Below are positions 61,174 to 64,000 of a DNA stretch of 64,000 bases, piece by piece; position 1 is the stretch's first letter; every line of letters starts with the position of its first letter. Below the pieces are notes generated by a model. It had not been told where the DNA came from, made no database searches, and worked only from the letters and a program-made list of their open reading frames with translations. Both the position numbers and the translations under genes were made by a program. Source of the stretch: Candidatus Borrarchaeum weybense (GTDB lineage: Archaea > Asgardarchaeota > Sifarchaeia > Borrarchaeales > Borrarchaeaceae); contig JAHQJS010000003.1 in NCBI GenBank assembly GCA_019057385.1, positions 32,001 to 96,000 on the forward strand, read 5' to 3'.

Positions 61174-61983
61174 TCACACAGCCACCTTCTCATCCTGTTT
61201 ACTCATAGTATTCAAAGAAGTTCTCCAATCCTCGATTTTACTTAGAGAAAGCGGAATTTCAGTGGTTTCTTCTATAATTTTATAGTTTCCTTCGCTATCC
61301 TCTTCGACTCTTCGAAAAGTCTCAACCTTCTGAAGAGCAATATTAAGGATTTTGACGCAACCATATCCACTTGACCGTCCTGCCCCAAGAATTTCTACGT
61401 AGAGCATTGCTTCTATAAGAAACTTGATTTCAACATCAGTTAGATTAGTGACATCAATTTGAAAGGAAAAAAATCCACTGAAATAACTCTCACGAAAGTC
61501 TTGGATGGGAGTACCATCATAGGCAAGCGCTATTCTGTTTTCACTAGAGATGTGGACATTTTGAACTGGCACTATTGTTATAAAATCTTTGTGTTTAATC
61601 GAGGCAATAGGGTCTGCTGCGACAACAATAGAGGACTTTTCACGGAAGGTGCCAAAGATTGTTCTGAGAATACAGGGAGGATCGCATGTACCAAGCGCAT
61701 GAAATCCTTGCGGAAGAACACTTTTACCATCTTTAAGTTCAGTTTTTTCAGAACTATGACATACTTCGATGTTGCAGTCTTGAGCAAGTTCCATACAGGC
61801 ATGTCTTAACATCCCTCGGATACCTTTAATGTAATAAAATTTAGTATTGAACGTTTTTTCTCCATTCACATAAGGAAATTTCCCTAACAAGAGCATGCTA
61901 GAATTTTTCTGAATCGAGGCATTGATAGGCTTTGCTATGGGTGTAAAGGCGTGAACAACTATCTGGTTTTTGATTTTTCTCAT
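61174..61983 (-). CDS. cas7: Divergent Cas7-like RAMP (locus B)
   Basis: IKGIRGMLRH, CH...CDPPC, IFG, LGAGRSSGYGCV. Confidence 0.8.
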   Translation of the reverse strand: MRKIKNQIVVHAFTPIAKPINASIQKNSSMLLLGKFPYVNGEKTFNTKFYYIKGIRGMLRHACMELAQDCNIEVCHSSEKTELKDGKSVLPQGFHALGTCDPPCILRTIFGTFREKSSIVVAADPIASIKHKDFITIVPVQNVHISSENRIALAYDGTPIQDFRESYFSGFFSFQIDVTNLTDVEIKFLIEAMLYVEILGAGRSSGYGCVKILNIALQKVETFRRVEEDSEGNYKIIEETTEIPLSLSKIEDWRTSLNTMSKQDEKVAV

Positions 61984-62017
61984 GTTTCCAACCTCAAATA
62001 TATTTAGTACAAGTACC

Positions 62018-62090
62018 TATATAAACCTTGCTCAAAATAAACACTTTTTCTACTCTTGTTAGTAAAATGGGGTTTAAAATGACTTCCTTT
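62018..62090 (-). promoter_or_regulatory. cas7 promoter (TATA TTTATATA 62025-62018); homologous to 32821-32890; matched by guide 2
   Basis: AAGGAAGTCA...CCCATTTTA...GGTTTATA...GAGGTTGGAAA-n-ATG upstream of both cas7 copies. Confidence 0.65.
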
Positions 62091-62326
62091 TTAGAAATAA
62101 AGTATTTTAAACAGGTTTTATGTGAAAAACCATTGTATGTTTAGAACCTGATTTATAAATCACAATGTAACATTCAATTTACATCATCATTTTTTTAAAA
62201 GAATAGTTGTTTGATTTAACAAAATTAAGTTTCTTCGGGAATTCAAAAAGAGTACATTGATGGTATCAACTAAACTAAAAATCGTTCGAAAAAAATAATT
62301 GTTCCATTGATGGTTGCTAATAAAAA

Positions 62327-64000
62327 TTAGGGCAATAGATCTTTTACTGTAACTGGAGGACCCTTTTTCTGTGGTTTATAGATGCCTTCTAAATGTTGGA
62401 ATCTTTCAAACATTAAGTGGAGAGTTTCCTTATCTGGAGCGTAAATAAAGGGGATGAATCGCTTATTTTCTAGCAAAAAATCCTTGAGTTGTACTGCACA
62501 CTGCCTTAAAGCCTCCATTACTGTCATCTTCTGTTCAAGATAGTATATTTCTTGATTGAGTATATCATCAACTAGTCTCTCAACTTTGTAGTGTCCATTC
62601 CATGTTAGGTGATAGAATTGTTCGTGTTCAAGCGTTTTACGCTTCTTGAAATCAGCTTTTGTAAATTCACCATACAAACATGCTAAAATTAGGGTGAGCC
62701 TGAACAAGGGAATAAACATTTCTCGAAAATCAAAGATAGTGCCTAGAAAGGAGCGTTGGGTTTTTTTAAAGTGCAGTATCAGTTCATCCGGTACCCAAGA
62801 AAATCCTACTTCAGCGAGTGCTTTTCGACAGTAAAGGTTAAGATGACGATAAACAGCATTGAGTGCAGCACTAAAGGGTGTACGTGCTTTTACTTCTCCT
62901 AAAAGGACAACGGTGGAAATATAGCGTTCTAGGGTACGACTAATGATCTCAAAGTAGGTTCCTCTTAGCAAACGTTTAGGGATTTCCCAGGCAACTCCTT
63001 CAACTAAGCCTTCAAACCCACGGAGGTTGTCAATATTACCCCTCCAATAGAGAAAAGTATATGCTACTCGATCCAGCAATTTAGATAAGAGCTCTTGAGC
63101 ATTTTCAGCAGATAACAACCCCTCTTTTTCAACTTGGAGTACTGAATTGGCTAGACCTATATCTTTACTTATTGTCAGAAGCCATGCTAGCAATTTGCCT
63201 CGTTCTGTTCCTCTGATTCGCTGAGCGGCATATTTCAGTTCGTCGGCTACCTGTTGTTTCTTTGGAGTTAGTTTATTTTGTGCAAAGAAACTACCTTTTG
63301 GTGTATTTGCATCAATGAGTTTCTTGCTATATTTCTTACGAATGTATTGCGATATATCGCCACCTTCAATGATGATATTACGGATAGCACCGACTAAATA
63401 CCGTTTTGTTTCTCTTCCGTCTTTTAGTGTATGAACAAATCGTTTTTTTCTAATATCGAGCCTTTCATTACACTTGACACGGATATTTCGTTTTGGTCTT
63501 CTGATATAGACCTTTGTCTTTTTAACTCTCTGAACATAATTCCCGGGCTTACCTATAAGCAGTTCTAAATTTGTTTGCAATACATCACGATAACCCGGTT
63601 TTATTACAAGTTCACCATTAACGGTCAAATGATAACTGGAATTGCATTCAGGACAGACTGTATATTCCATATATGAGGACGGTAATTCCACAATGCCACG
63701 AGGTTTACAGTTTAAACATGTAATGCTGCCATTTGTTTCTTGCAATATTCTTATTTTACGTTTTTTTAACCTTTGAACATTTTCGTGATGTTCGCATGCA
63801 CTCTTCCTTGGTGTGGCGTAAGGATTTCTTGCTCGTTTTCCTACTTGTTTGTTTAATTTGCAGTTTAACACACAAACATGTGCATGTTTCGATCTTCGAC
63901 GGTCCTTTATAGGGTTTATCTGAATGAACTTACAAGATCCACAGGTGAGCCGAAGATGTTCAGGAATACTTGCGTTCACATCAGCTACATAGATTTTGGG
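62327..64000 (-). CDS. cas1: Large divergent Cas1 with N-terminal Zn-finger-like motifs (5' end outside window)
   Basis: LRGFEG, PFSAALNAVYRHL, ALAEVGF...ILH, IFDFREMF follow the Cas1 E/H/D-E catalytic motif order; several CxxC pairs; frame open to window edge. Confidence 0.75.
   Translation of the reverse strand, partial: PKIYVADVNASIPEHLRLTCGSCKFIQINPIKDRRRSKHAHVCVLNCKLNKQVGKRARNPYATPRKSACEHHENVQRLKKRKIRILQETNGSITCLNCKPRGIVELPSSYMEYTVCPECNSSYHLTVNGELVIKPGYRDVLQTNLELLIGKPGNYVQRVKKTKVYIRRPKRNIRVKCNERLDIRKKRFVHTLKDGRETKRYLVGAIRNIIIEGGDISQYIRKKYSKKLIDANTPKGSFFAQNKLTPKKQQVADELKYAAQRIRGTERGKLLAWLLTISKDIGLANSVLQVEKEGLLSAENAQELLSKLLDRVAYTFLYWRGNIDNLRGFEGLVEGVAWEIPKRLLRGTYFEIISRTLERYISTVVLLGEVKARTPFSAALNAVYRHLNLYCRKALAEVGFSWVPDELILHFKKTQRSFLGTIFDFREMFIPLFRLTLILACLYGEFTKADFKKRKTLEHEQFYHLTWNGHYKVERLVDDILNQEIYYLEQKMTVMEALRQCAVQLKDFLLENKRFIPFIYAPDKETLHLMFERFQHLEGIYKPQKKGPPVTVKDLLP

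Overview
AT-rich archaeal chromosome segment, most likely from an Asgard archaeon (Rab-like GTPase, Rpo8, TFE-beta, highly divergent Cas1). It is mostly housekeeping genes for tRNA/rRNA modification, A/V-ATPase B and D, PAN, GatDE/GatB, GlmS and PyrD/K, plus solo TnpB-like and IscB+omegaRNA elements. Main result: a CRISPR-array-less Cas module at two loci. Locus B (59.8-64 kb, minus) has Cas1-like, Cas7-like, RNA, Cas5-HD, RNA. Locus A (~29-34 kb, plus) has cargo genes, Cas7-like, RNA. Three copies of a ~115-nt structured scaffold with covarying stems are each followed by a different ~35-55-nt guide-like segment and a hairpin. All three segments match sequence in this window. One matches the module's own cas7 promoter, with mismatches mostly every 6th nt (a Cas7 signature). 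The other two match the 5' end of the host gene next to their locus (pyrD; a PRC-barrel gene). This suggests an undescribed single-guide Cas7/Cas5 system for autoregulation and possibly Cas1-mediated homing; the function is inference. Other oddities: a tRNA-Leu(CAG) with three non-canonical introns, an in-frame TGA at a conserved Cys of a YkgJ protein (candidate selenoprotein), three conserved genes that seem to start at ATT/ATC, a possible -1 frameshift fusing MoxR and vWA, and an unidentified GC-rich intergenic RNA candidate. All alignments and structures were done by eye.
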